Source: Candidatus Latescibacterota bacterium
Lineage (GTDB): Bacteria > Latescibacterota > UBA2968 > GCA-2709665
Direction: 5' to 3'
Length of the DNA stretch: 64,000 nt
NCBI GenBank assembly: GCA_965205485.1
Contig: OZ242180.1
Coordinates: 1,024,001 to 1,088,000 of the forward strand
A program made the position numbers and the translations under genes. Of the stretch, positions 1 through 9,487 are shown piece after piece. Under the pieces are notes generated by a model. The model was not told where the DNA came from and searched no databases. It saw only the letters and a list, made by a program, of their open reading frames with translations. Positions within the stretch are counted from its first letter, which is position 1. Each line of letters begins with the position of its first letter.

Positions 1-879
1 GCCAACCACAATCAGCCTGTCCTTCCACCTGGCGCCCGTTCCTCCCGGAATGCGCTCGTCCGATCCGGGCAGATATCCGAAGACATTGGCCGACTTCACC
101 GTCTGCCACTCCATGCGGGCGGTGAGATGCACGTTGACATCTCCGCGTTCGACGTCCTTCAGAAGGCGATGCGCATCCTCCCGGCTCACCCAGAACCGGG
201 GCACGTTCACGGGCACCTCCAGAAACTTGTCCTCCGCCTCCCCGCGGGTCACGTTTCCGTCGTCGAAGAACAGAATGGCCTTCGCGCCGAGGGTCATCGC
301 GTTCAGGTAATTCTGTCCACAGCCGAAGTCCATCAGCACGACGCTTCCGTCCACGACCGACCCGTTGAAATCCGAGAAATCCCCGCGCCGTCCGTAGATC
401 AAATGCCCCTCGACGCCTCCGGCCGGGAGCGACGGCGTCCGGACGTCATTCGGCCAGAGGCCATAGATGGGTATCTCCTCGCCCGTGGCAGTCACCTTCA
501 GAACGCCGCCCCGGTCCACCGGCACGGTCACGTCGAAAGCCTCCGTGGTGACCCGCTCCAGACCCAGCGCCTCGAACTGCGATCTGATGTATTCCCGCGC
601 CTGCCGTTCGCCGTCGTATCCCACCACGCGCGACGGCATCCGGGTCAGGGCCGCCACGTGGGTACGGACGTCGTCTTCCGCAATCTCATCCACAATTCGC
701 CGTACCGCCCGGTCCGCGGCCGAAAGGTCTCCCCGGACCTGTTCGGGCGGCGGCAACTGCCTGATTTCGAACGTATCCCTGATCACGTCGGACACATTCT
801 CGGGGTCGAATACCACCACGAGTGCGAGGACGCCAAGCGTCAACAGAACGAGCAGTGCCCTTTTTATTCCGTTGATCAT
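1..879 (-). CDS. N-terminal part of a large membrane-anchored M28-peptidase-like protein (probably the M28/FtsX-permease type found beside DUF6785 genes); runs off the window edge
   Basis: Not in the ORF track because it has no stop in the window. My translation from ATG 879 gives MINGIKRALLVLLTLGVLALVVVF (TM/signal), then HVAALTRMPSRVVGYDGERQAREYIRSQFEALG (M28-like N-terminus) and LWPNDVRTPSLP..EGHLIYGRRG..FNG (PA-like domain). It lies 19 bp downstream of the DUF6785 gene. Confidence 0.65.
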   Translation of the reverse strand, partial: MINGIKRALLVLLTLGVLALVVVFDPENVSDVIRDTFEIRQLPPPEQVRGDLSAADRAVRRIVDEIAEDDVRTHVAALTRMPSRVVGYDGERQAREYIRSQFEALGLERVTTEAFDVTVPVDRGGVLKVTATGEEIPIYGLWPNDVRTPSLPAGGVEGHLIYGRRGDFSDFNGSVVDGSVVLMDFGCGQNYLNAMTLGAKAILFFDDGNVTRGEAEDKFLEVPVNVPRFWVSREDAHRLLKDVERGDVNVHLTARMEWQTVKSANVFGYLPGSDERIPGGTGARWKDRLIVVG

Positions 880-898
880 CGTTCACCCTTACACAGGA

Positions 899-2887
899 CT
901 ATTCGATCCACGGGTGGATGCTGTGTCCGGCTCCGGGGAACATGAACATATCCACGAGGAACGCCCCCGTTATGCCCAGAACGTGCCCCACGAGCAGGCC
1001 CAGGAAGAACGGCTGCGCCTGCCGAAACAGCGAATTCCCGCCAACCCGCAGGATAACCGTCTTGCACGACCAGGCCAGAAACAGCGTCAGCGCAAAATTC
1101 CGTACCAGGTCCGTGCCCATGATGGCGAACCCCACCGGGTGGATCGGCCACCACGGAAACCGGTAGCGGAGGAACGTGAGGACGACCATAACAGCGGCGC
1201 CGATACCAAAGAACATGATCCGGTTCCAGTCGACATCGAACGGCTCCTTGATCTTGCTCACCGTATCCGGAAAGTTGTGAACCCCCCCGCAGATGAAGCC
1301 GTGTCCGAAATTCTCGGCGCCGCGCGTGTAGCCGAGATATAGCGTCCCGATGATCACAACCAGGGTCGTCGCCAGGAAAGACAGGCCCACGGCCCAGAAC
1401 AGGCGCCTTCCGCGGTCCCGGACCTGTTCTCCCACCTTGGCCACGTGGGACATCTGCGAGGTCGAATTCGCGTGGATCGGATACGAAAACAGGAGCGTGG
1501 TGAGGCTGGACGGCGACACGGCTTTGGCACCCAGCAGATAGACCGAAAAGCTCTGCGCCGTCATAGGACCCTGCACGTACAGGAGGCCCGATTCGGCAAT
1601 AATCCGCGCAACGCCGATGTAGAGGATAAACAACATCGCCACCAGCGGAATGGCCATCTGCAGGTCCATGCCCGCCCGGTTCAGCCAAACGACCGTGAAC
1701 ACGAATCCCACAAGAATGCCGACGACCGCCGTGCGGTACGACAACATCTCACGCGAATCGTCCACGGAATGGTCCGACCGCCAGGCCTTCATCACCACGT
1801 CTTTCAGGTGGCGCCTGGCCATCCACAGACCGAACAACACGAAGACGCAAAACGCGCCAAGGCCCTGCCAGCTCGATGCGGCGTCATAGGAACCGTACCG
1901 GTCGCCGCGCCCGCCGATACTGTAGCCCAGCCTGTTGAAGATGCCGAATTCCAGCACGAACACCGCGAAGAAGAACCACACGCTGAACAGAACGTCCAGA
2001 TTCGCGAAATAGGAAAACGCGAACGTAAACGGATCGATATAGCTGAACATCGGCGGCATATCCCGGCCGAAGAAGGCGTACACCCGCCCCCGGACCGGCA
2101 TCTCGGGGAAGGCGGGGGAGATCCAGGGCAGCGCGTTCCAGAAAATAAAGACGAACGCGAACCCCGCCCCGAACCAGAACAGCTTTCCGCGGGCGAATCT
2201 CGGCCACAAACCGCCGGTTTCGGAACCGGAGGCCATTTCCACGATCGGTTCCAGGACCGGGTACCGCAGCCGCTCGTGTTCCACCCATTGTTTCCGGAGG
2301 ATCACCGAAAGCGAAGCCGCGGCGAAAGCCAGCACGCAGAACAGAAGCACCCACCAGAACATGGGAACGACCCACGCCCCCCATGGAATCGCGCCCTGCC
2401 CGCCGGGCAGGCCGTTGAACAGAAGCGTAACGGCGCCGTCCACGTCAAGGGGCGCGACCCACGAAGGCAGGTGCGGGTGAAGAAGGGCGCCCCACTGGTT
2501 TTCCGGAGTGGCCAGGTAGTACGGAATGGTTATAAAGGCATACAGTGCCGCGATGGGGGCGCCGCCCATCAGCCCCATCGCGAATATCGTCAGGATCTCC
2601 GCGAGGCTCAGCCCGGCGGACCGGACGACCCGCCTCAGGAAGGGATTCAGGACGAACAAGACGAGAAGAATCGCGATAAACAGGGCAGGCGAAAGAAATC
2701 CGGCCGTCACGCCGGACGACCGGATCACCCGGCTGGAAAAAATACCCCAGCCCTGTATGAACAGAGCGACGCCGAGCCCGATGGCAACCGCCCGCACAGT
2801 TACGCCGCGTCGTTCCAGGCCTGACGCCGCTTCAGGAATCGAATCCGGTTGCGCTTGCTGCATATCCTGCTCCAGGTCTAAGGACAA
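899..2887 (-). CDS. DUF6785/DUF6784 family multi-pass membrane protein (OPT-like putative transporter)
   Basis: 662 aa with many hydrophobic segments. Motifs LRKQWVEHERLRYP, LDVLFSVWFF, ARIIAESG and C-terminal FPWWPIHPVGF...PFFLGLLVG are typical of this family. Confidence 0.75.
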   Translation of the reverse strand: MSLDLEQDMQQAQPDSIPEAASGLERRGVTVRAVAIGLGVALFIQGWGIFSSRVIRSSGVTAGFLSPALFIAILLVLFVLNPFLRRVVRSAGLSLAEILTIFAMGLMGGAPIAALYAFITIPYYLATPENQWGALLHPHLPSWVAPLDVDGAVTLLFNGLPGGQGAIPWGAWVVPMFWWVLLFCVLAFAAASLSVILRKQWVEHERLRYPVLEPIVEMASGSETGGLWPRFARGKLFWFGAGFAFVFIFWNALPWISPAFPEMPVRGRVYAFFGRDMPPMFSYIDPFTFAFSYFANLDVLFSVWFFFAVFVLEFGIFNRLGYSIGGRGDRYGSYDAASSWQGLGAFCVFVLFGLWMARRHLKDVVMKAWRSDHSVDDSREMLSYRTAVVGILVGFVFTVVWLNRAGMDLQMAIPLVAMLFILYIGVARIIAESGLLYVQGPMTAQSFSVYLLGAKAVSPSSLTTLLFSYPIHANSTSQMSHVAKVGEQVRDRGRRLFWAVGLSFLATTLVVIIGTLYLGYTRGAENFGHGFICGGVHNFPDTVSKIKEPFDVDWNRIMFFGIGAAVMVVLTFLRYRFPWWPIHPVGFAIMGTDLVRNFALTLFLAWSCKTVILRVGGNSLFRQAQPFFLGLLVGHVLGITGAFLVDMFMFPGAGHSIHPWIE

Positions 2888-2973
2888 CGAAATTGGATTG
2901 GCTGGTCACACGTCCCGGCTGCCGCACGGCCTGCCGTCCCACCTGCTACAGAAGACGTGCAACCACGACGCGC

Positions 2974-3001
2974 ATAATATGGAAATATCTTGATTTTTCA
3001 A
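2974..3001 (-). promoter_or_regulatory. Putative sigma70 promoter for the DUF6785 operon
   Basis: The minus strand reads TTGAAA-N16-TATTAT in an AT-rich patch. A CTTGA-N4-TCAAG palindrome overlaps the -35. Confidence 0.45.
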
Positions 3002-3083
3002 GGAAAAAGACCTCTACATTCGAACTCTGGGCCGTGTCATCGAGCCCCGAGGCGGCATTCTCCCATCCGGTATTGAACGGTCT

Positions 3084-6000
3084 TCAGCCTCGTCGCGTCA
3101 GGCATTCGCTCCCGGAATTCGGAATCGAAATCCGATCGCCGGGTTTGAAGTCCAGGACTTCGAACCGGCTGCCCGGCCGCAGCCCTGCAACCGATTCCAG
3201 CCGCATCTTCTTGAATGCAAGCAGTTCGACGATCCGCGATGCGAAGCCGCCGTCCTCCGTCCGCAGCAGCTTTCCGCTGTATTCGCCCTTGTCCCCGCTG
3301 TTGTTGAAACCCCAGGCAAAGGCGAGCGGCACGTCGCAGACCAGAACGTCCGGTGCCTCGACCGAGACAACCGTCCCCCGCGCCAGCCGGGGATCGCCCT
3401 GCTGCAGGAGGAGGCGAGCTTTATTCCCTTCCTTTGCGGCGGCAACCCGATATGCGGATCTGTGAGAATACGGTGTTTCCGCTTCGCCAGATTCCACCCG
3501 GCACAGGCGTCCCTCCAGCGGCATCCCGTCCGGGAGACACCGGTCGATCGTCACGGATTCTCCGTCGGCATCCAGTCCCACGATCCGGGCGTCGAAACCT
3601 TTCCGCGAGAGCCGCGTTTCGGTGTCGCCATACCGCAGTCCCGTTCCTTCCACAAGGTGAAGCATCACCTTTCCATTCCGTTCGCGAACGACGCCGAACC
3701 GACCTTCGAGCGCGATCGGTACCCCATCGCCATCCCGGATTTCCATTCTGCCGCGCCTCGAAAACAGATGCGTGTCCCTCCGGCCGTCCGCCAGTTCGAC
3801 CCGCACGGCGGCGTTACCTGTTTCTTCCTCGCGCGCAAGCACCCTAACGCCCGTCACGTTGCTCGAACCGGAAAACGCTTCAAATACACTGACGAAAAGG
3901 CTCTTCAGATCTTCGCCTTCCCTCCGGACGATCAGTCGATGGATCTGCTGGTCACCTCGCAGATCGGGACCTTTCGCCGCCACCAGCGTCGCCGACGGAT
4001 CTGCGGGAAACCAGACGCCGAACCGGGTGTCCCGCGCGTCTCCGAACCGCCAATGAGCGTACGCGTCCCGATCCAGCGGGGCGGTTTTGACGTCGTGGAT
4101 GAACGCGTACCCGTTCCCCGGAGGCGGCAGCCATCCGTAGGGCAACGGGCTTCCGTCCGGTGCGGCCACGCCCTGAATGCGATCGTTCGGGCCGATCCGT
4201 TCCCCCCAGCTTTTGCCAGGCGCGTTCGCCTCTTCGGAACCGTCCGCGGTCCCCAGCGCCGCCAGTGTCCAGACCCCGGGGCGCGCCTCCGGCGACACGC
4301 CCTCCAGCGAATAAGACCCGGAGTCCTCTTCGAAAAACCTGGGCCCGTTCATCGCGTAGTCGTGAATCCGGCCTCCGGCCACAATAAAGAGGTCAAGCGT
4401 GTAGGACGTGTCCTTGTCGATATCGCAGAAGATCAGCGCGCGGCGGTACTCGGTTGCGCCCTGGTGGATCCGTGACAATGGCGCGGAATATTCCGCGACC
4501 TTGACATCGCCCAGGTCCTCGAAGGCGACCAGGTCCGCGCTCGGCACGAATTCGTAGCCCTGAGACGTGGGAATGTCCTCGTCCACGGTCACCATCGCGT
4601 GGGAGATCGCCCGCATGCCCCATCCCTTGTGCACGTGTGAGCCGGCCAGTGCGTATCCCACGTCTTCGATGACTGTCCTGCCCTTATCGTACAGAAAAAC
4701 CGCCAGTTGGTCGTCCTGCGAAAGCAGATTCGCGCCCCCGCGCACAATCAGCGCGCGGGACCGGTCGCCTGTCCCGCTTCGCAGGACCACCACGCCCTTG
4801 TGTCCTGCGAAGGAAGAGGCGGATTGTGGCTCGGCCCGATCTTCTCCGGCTGGTCCGGGTTCCGAATTGAACAGCGCCCACGTGCCATTGCGGACGTTTT
4901 CCGCAGCGCCATCCGACAGATCCAGCATCAGTTCCCTCGCCCTCAACCTTGTTTGCGCGTCGTCGCTCCTGACGTAGAGTCGCTCCAGCAGAGACCAGTG
5001 CGTGGGCATCACCTGCCGTTCCGAAGCCGGTCGATAACCGGGGAGCGCGTTCGTATTTCCATAGGAGGGGATGCGCCCGCACGCCCGGGTCAGCTCCGGG
5101 TAATCCAGGCACAGCCGGACGAGGCGAGGGTGATCGAAGGCGTTTTTCATCCCCACCAGCGCATCGGCCTCAGGGAAATCTTCACCTGAGGGGTACTTGA
5201 CGGGAGCGTAGTGGTACAGCAATTCCGCTACGTCCTGCATCAGCGTACCGGAGAAATACGCGTACATTTCGGAGTTTTCGTAGTACCCCCCGTCCCTGCC
5301 GACCACATTATCCATAAAGGCGCGGGACGCGCCGCCCGCCCAGGTGATGAAATCGGGTCTGTCCGTGGCCAGTCCAATCGATAGCAGCGCCCGGAATCCG
5401 TCCAGTTCGTGATTCTGAAAATGCGTCAGATTTCCCCCGCGCAGATTGTACCCGCCGCCTTCGGTCATCACGTAATCTTCCAGCATGCCCTCGGCGATAT
5501 TCTCGCGGATGCTGACGTTGTCATTCCCCCGCGTGGGCGAAACCTCGTCCATTTCCGGAAGACCGGAGATCAGATCGTACGCCTGCATGTCCACGAAACG
5601 CTGCCGGTTGACGTGACAGGTCTCCGCGTGCATGCGACCCATCTCCCGCTCCTGACCCTCCGGAATGTCCAGCGGACCGATCGTTGTGGGCGCCAGCGTG
5701 GCCAGCGCATCGTAGATCAACAGCGCCTTTTCGCCGAACCGGGTCTCGCCGGTGACCGCATATGCAAGGGCCAGATTCAGAAGCGCGTTGTCCGTGGGGC
5801 CGCCCGACCCGTAGGAATAAGTGCTGAGCATACTGACAATAAAGCTGTTCCACACGGGCACCGGCGCGAACCATTTCCCCTCGTAATAGAAACCGTGCCC
5901 TTCGTCTCGAAACGGAGATCCCTTGCGGTTCTCGGGATACGCTCGCCCGCACGCCTCGCAATAAGCCTTTTCGGGCTGCGACACGTCGCACCGCCAGGCC

Positions 6001-6254
6001 GCCTTGCAGCAGGGACTCCCGTTGCGCCCGCTGCAGAAAATCGCCCCCCGGTCCGGAACCAGCGCGTGAATCTCCTCATCGGATACCCGCACCCACTTCT
6101 CCGCCACCGCGCTGATCCGCGCCCACTCTCTCTCGGCCCACGCCTGGGTACGGATGTTTTCCCTCGCACGGCGAATCGCATCCACGGTGTACCAGATGGA
6201 CCGTCCCGGCCGAGGGACGGGCGCCTTCGGATCGATAGACAACATAGGCGTCAC
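3084..6254 (-). CDS. Heparinase II/III-like polysaccharide lyase homologue with N-terminal Cys cluster
   Basis: 1056 aa. Cys cluster CCKAAWRC...CEACGRAYP, helical region with QNHE and DGGYYENSEMY, then VVLRSG...DVGY...SHAMVTVDE...YRRAL..DLFIVAGGRIHDY (Hepar_II_III beta-sandwich pattern). Confidence 0.7.
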   Translation of the reverse strand: MTPMLSIDPKAPVPRPGRSIWYTVDAIRRARENIRTQAWAEREWARISAVAEKWVRVSDEEIHALVPDRGAIFCSGRNGSPCCKAAWRCDVSQPEKAYCEACGRAYPENRKGSPFRDEGHGFYYEGKWFAPVPVWNSFIVSMLSTYSYGSGGPTDNALLNLALAYAVTGETRFGEKALLIYDALATLAPTTIGPLDIPEGQEREMGRMHAETCHVNRQRFVDMQAYDLISGLPEMDEVSPTRGNDNVSIRENIAEGMLEDYVMTEGGGYNLRGGNLTHFQNHELDGFRALLSIGLATDRPDFITWAGGASRAFMDNVVGRDGGYYENSEMYAYFSGTLMQDVAELLYHYAPVKYPSGEDFPEADALVGMKNAFDHPRLVRLCLDYPELTRACGRIPSYGNTNALPGYRPASERQVMPTHWSLLERLYVRSDDAQTRLRARELMLDLSDGAAENVRNGTWALFNSEPGPAGEDRAEPQSASSFAGHKGVVVLRSGTGDRSRALIVRGGANLLSQDDQLAVFLYDKGRTVIEDVGYALAGSHVHKGWGMRAISHAMVTVDEDIPTSQGYEFVPSADLVAFEDLGDVKVAEYSAPLSRIHQGATEYRRALIFCDIDKDTSYTLDLFIVAGGRIHDYAMNGPRFFEEDSGSYSLEGVSPEARPGVWTLAALGTADGSEEANAPGKSWGERIGPNDRIQGVAAPDGSPLPYGWLPPPGNGYAFIHDVKTAPLDRDAYAHWRFGDARDTRFGVWFPADPSATLVAAKGPDLRGDQQIHRLIVRREGEDLKSLFVSVFEAFSGSSNVTGVRVLAREEETGNAAVRVELADGRRDTHLFSRRGRMEIRDGDGVPIALEGRFGVVRERNGKVMLHLVEGTGLRYGDTETRLSRKGFDARIVGLDADGESVTIDRCLPDGMPLEGRLCRVESGEAETPYSHRSAYRVAAAKEGNKARLLLQQGDPRLARGTVVSVEAPDVLVCDVPLAFAWGFNNSGDKGEYSGKLLRTEDGGFASRIVELLAFKKMRLESVAGLRPGSRFEVLDFKPGDRISIPNSGSECLTRRG

Positions 6255-6289
6255 CTCCGAGCGTATTTCCCCAATGTCTCGAGGATTAC

Positions 6290-7336
6290 TTACGCGTCCT
6301 GAATGGGTATTGCCCTGCCGGTTTCGGCCGCTTCTCTTGCCGCAAGCGCGATTCTCATGGCCAGTCTGCCGTCATCGCCCGTTGTCAGCGGCGTTCTTCC
6401 CTCTCGCACGCACCCGATGAAATGCTCGACTTCGGCAAGCAGCGTCCCCTGGATTCCGCGTTCCCCCATCGGCCAGGTCACGGAATCGGCCACCTGGTAA
6501 CCGGAATCCGTAAACACCTTCAGCGGCTGGGACATGAAGTCCACGTGAAGCACCCCGCGGTCTCCCAGAATCTCGATATTCCGGTCGACGCCATGGGGAT
6601 AGGTCCCTGGGTATGCGAAGGTCTCGTAGAGCGTCGCGATGGACCCGTTGGGGAACCTGAACGTCATCACCGCGCAATCCGTGAAGTCCTGGTCTTTCAG
6701 GATGAGCTGCCCCATCTCGGCGTAAACGCGCTCTGGAGGTCCGCCCATCAGCCAGCAGACCAGGTCGATATTGTGCGGCCCGGCATAGTTCAGGACGCCG
6801 CCGGTCTCTACGTCATTCACCCACTTCCGGCCTCTCAGCACGGAGAGCGGATGACATCTCCTGGCCAGCATCATCCTGGGCGTGCCGATCTCTCCGGCAT
6901 CGATCCGTCTTTTGGCTTCCATACACGGGTGGCTGTACCGCTCGGTGAACCCGACCATCAATATCACGCTGTTCTCCCGTGCTTCCCGGATCATCAGGTC
7001 GGCCTCTTCCGGAGACCGGCACATCGGCTTCTCGCACAGCACGTGTTTTTTCGTCCGGGCGGCCAGGACGGTATGCTCGCAGTGGAATTCATCCGGCGTG
7101 GCCACGATTACCGCCTGGATATCCGGGTCCCGTAACATCGCGGCATAGTCGGCGGTCCACGCTGAAACCCCGCAGGATTCCGCGGCCGACCGGGCCGAGT
7201 CCTCGTTACGCGTGCAGAACATCCGCACTTCGGCGCCCGCGCACGACCGGATGGCCAGGGCGAAGTTCCGCCCCGCCTTTCCCCCGCCGATGATTCCGAT
7301 GCCTACGTCGTCATCCGGGATTTCAACCACCTCCAT
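6290..7336 (-). CDS. Gfo/Idh/MocA family oxidoreductase
   Basis: GIIGGGKAG Rossmann motif, VIVATPDEFH, HVLCEKP, GGVLNYAGPHNID. Confidence 0.9.
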   Translation of the reverse strand: MEVVEIPDDDVGIGIIGGGKAGRNFALAIRSCAGAEVRMFCTRNEDSARSAAESCGVSAWTADYAAMLRDPDIQAVIVATPDEFHCEHTVLAARTKKHVLCEKPMCRSPEEADLMIREARENSVILMVGFTERYSHPCMEAKRRIDAGEIGTPRMMLARRCHPLSVLRGRKWVNDVETGGVLNYAGPHNIDLVCWLMGGPPERVYAEMGQLILKDQDFTDCAVMTFRFPNGSIATLYETFAYPGTYPHGVDRNIEILGDRGVLHVDFMSQPLKVFTDSGYQVADSVTWPMGERGIQGTLLAEVEHFIGCVREGRTPLTTGDDGRLAMRIALAAREAAETGRAIPIQDA

Positions 7337-7340
7337 CTCA

Positions 7341-9308
7341 CTACTGCGTCGGCGCGACGACCTTTACGAGCGTGCTCTCCAGGCCCCGCAGGACCAGATC
7401 CACTTCCTTCCGGACCGAGGTGGACGGCCGCGGGCCTCGACCCGGGCCGGGCGGGACCCCCGGACCTCCAGGCGGTGCAAAGGGCATATCGAACGTCAGC
7501 AAGGCTTCTATCACGACGTTGTCATCCTCGCTATTGACGTCGTTAAAGACTTCCTCGAGTGTCTGCTCGACAGGGAAACGGCCGAATCCGGGTCCGCCAC
7601 CCGCCCCCAGTTCCGCGGCCGAACCCAGGGCGAGACTGTAGACACCCGGCGGAAACGATTCGGGAACGCCGAGCCTCAGATCGATGTCCCGATCAATCCG
7701 GCGCCCCACCCGCAACAGTGCGGTAACGTCCAGCGTGTCCCCGGGGCTGGCGACCGTGTCCGCGTTCACTTCGACGATCCTGGCATAACGGGGCTCTGCG
7801 ATCAACTCAACGTCAACGCTGGCTTCCGTCACCTTTAAAGCGTAATCGTCTCTCTCCGTCAGCAGGGCCAGTGAGAAGGTCAGGTGGGAGGTCGCATTTC
7901 TGATCAGGGAAAGGAGCCGGCCTTCCGGCGAAGCGTACAGACGGGTTCGCGCGAGCGTGGAATCGGTAACGTCGAAGGCAATTTCCGCCGTAACGCGGAT
8001 GCTGTGGTCCGGATCGTTCTCAACCCTGCCCAGAAGCGGTCTGAATAACGCGCCGGCGACCAGATCGACAGACATGTCCGGGCTCACGCCAACCGTGGGC
8101 ATCCTATGCAGGAGTTCCTCTTCTGCGCCCGAAGGAAACGTATACACGCTTCTGATCGGAACCAGTTCCGGCCCTTCGCCCAGTATTCCCCTCACCGCGG
8201 GAATGCGGTCTTCGGTGAGCGTGCCGCGTACCGTCGGGTTCAGCGTCGCGAATTTGTACGGTGCAGACAGATTGGAGATTTCTCCCAGCACCACCGCCTC
8301 GATGATAGGCAGCGAAACCGGGCCGGCGTCATCCATGGAATGTCCGAATCCATAGACCCGGTCGCCATCGACGAAGGAGATGGTCCCGATGGCGCCGAGT
8401 GTCAGTTCGCCAAGCAGTACACCAACCGCCAGCGGCCGGCCCGGCGCGAAGCTGGTCTGGCGCTGCGTGGTCAGACCGGCGGCAACCGCGTTGTCCAGAA
8501 TCGATGGACGCCCTTCCGGGGTCAGCAGGCCACGATTGAGACCTGTACTAACGAGCGGAACGTCCAGAGGCACGATGCTGTTCTCACCCCACGTGGCCGC
8601 GCGTTTGGCCAGTGGAACCGTTCCCCGTTCGCCGATAACCCATTCCATGGGCGTGGCGAAAAAATAGTAAGGCGGGTTGTCCTGGGCTGTAAAACCGAAC
8701 GCGATCGCGCCCCAGGCGCCCTCGGGTGAAAAAATAGGGGAACCGCTCATGCCCTTGGCAATGCCCCCCAGGGCCACCAGTACGGAATCTGAGGCTTCCA
8801 CCATGTAGACCGGCATGGGCGGCAGGAAATCGTCGACCACCTGGATGAACGTCATCTCCAGGTCGACGAGCCGACCCTTGTCGAATTCGGTCCGCATGAA
8901 GACACGCGTGCCTGCGGGCGTGGATCGGACCGATTCGATCGGCACGATCGTCGAAAGGTCCCAGGGCAGGAGCATCCCGTAAGAAAAGTCCTTCCCGAAA
9001 TTTTCTGAAAAGGAAACAAAGTCGGAAAACCCGATTTCCCCGTCTCCATTCAGGTCGAACCGGGCCTCATATTCGTCATCGCCTTCGCTTTGTCCGAATT
9101 TTGCCGCGAACTGCGAAAAATCGTTAAAATCGACCGTCCCGTCGCCGTCGAAGTCCGGCAGGAATGTCGAGTCCCCCTCGTAGGAATTGACGGTGTGCCC
9201 TTGCAACGTCGTCTGATCGGCATGCGCGTCCGAACCTGCGGCGATGAACGAAACGAATACCAGCGACGTTACAATGCAAGCAAAGGAGACGTTTTCTCTT
9301 GATGTCAT
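7341..9308 (-). CDS. Secreted SpoIVB/peptidase S55-like protein with N-terminal double EF-hand (dockerin-like) module
   Basis: Signal peptide. DFDGDGTVDFNDF...FDLNGDGEIGFSDF. S55 signature GGIAKGMSGSPI..GAIAFG and AIGTISFVDGDRVYGFGHSM. Confidence 0.75.
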   Translation of the reverse strand: MTSRENVSFACIVTSLVFVSFIAAGSDAHADQTTLQGHTVNSYEGDSTFLPDFDGDGTVDFNDFSQFAAKFGQSEGDDEYEARFDLNGDGEIGFSDFVSFSENFGKDFSYGMLLPWDLSTIVPIESVRSTPAGTRVFMRTEFDKGRLVDLEMTFIQVVDDFLPPMPVYMVEASDSVLVALGGIAKGMSGSPIFSPEGAWGAIAFGFTAQDNPPYYFFATPMEWVIGERGTVPLAKRAATWGENSIVPLDVPLVSTGLNRGLLTPEGRPSILDNAVAAGLTTQRQTSFAPGRPLAVGVLLGELTLGAIGTISFVDGDRVYGFGHSMDDAGPVSLPIIEAVVLGEISNLSAPYKFATLNPTVRGTLTEDRIPAVRGILGEGPELVPIRSVYTFPSGAEEELLHRMPTVGVSPDMSVDLVAGALFRPLLGRVENDPDHSIRVTAEIAFDVTDSTLARTRLYASPEGRLLSLIRNATSHLTFSLALLTERDDYALKVTEASVDVELIAEPRYARIVEVNADTVASPGDTLDVTALLRVGRRIDRDIDLRLGVPESFPPGVYSLALGSAAELGAGGGPGFGRFPVEQTLEEVFNDVNSEDDNVVIEALLTFDMPFAPPGGPGVPPGPGRGPRPSTSVRKEVDLVLRGLESTLVKVVAPTQ

Positions 9309-9487
9309 AAAGCGGTCCTTACCCCGGCAGGTTAGTGTGAATGCGGATAAACGGCGTCGTGTCGTAAGCCTGATGTCGAAACGCCATCCCGATTGCGGCT
9401 CAGAGTGCCTGTCTTGAATTGCTGCAGGAAATGGTGTCAGTGGGTCATTGTACCTCCTTTGCTTCTCTTCGCGTCAGATTACAATGC

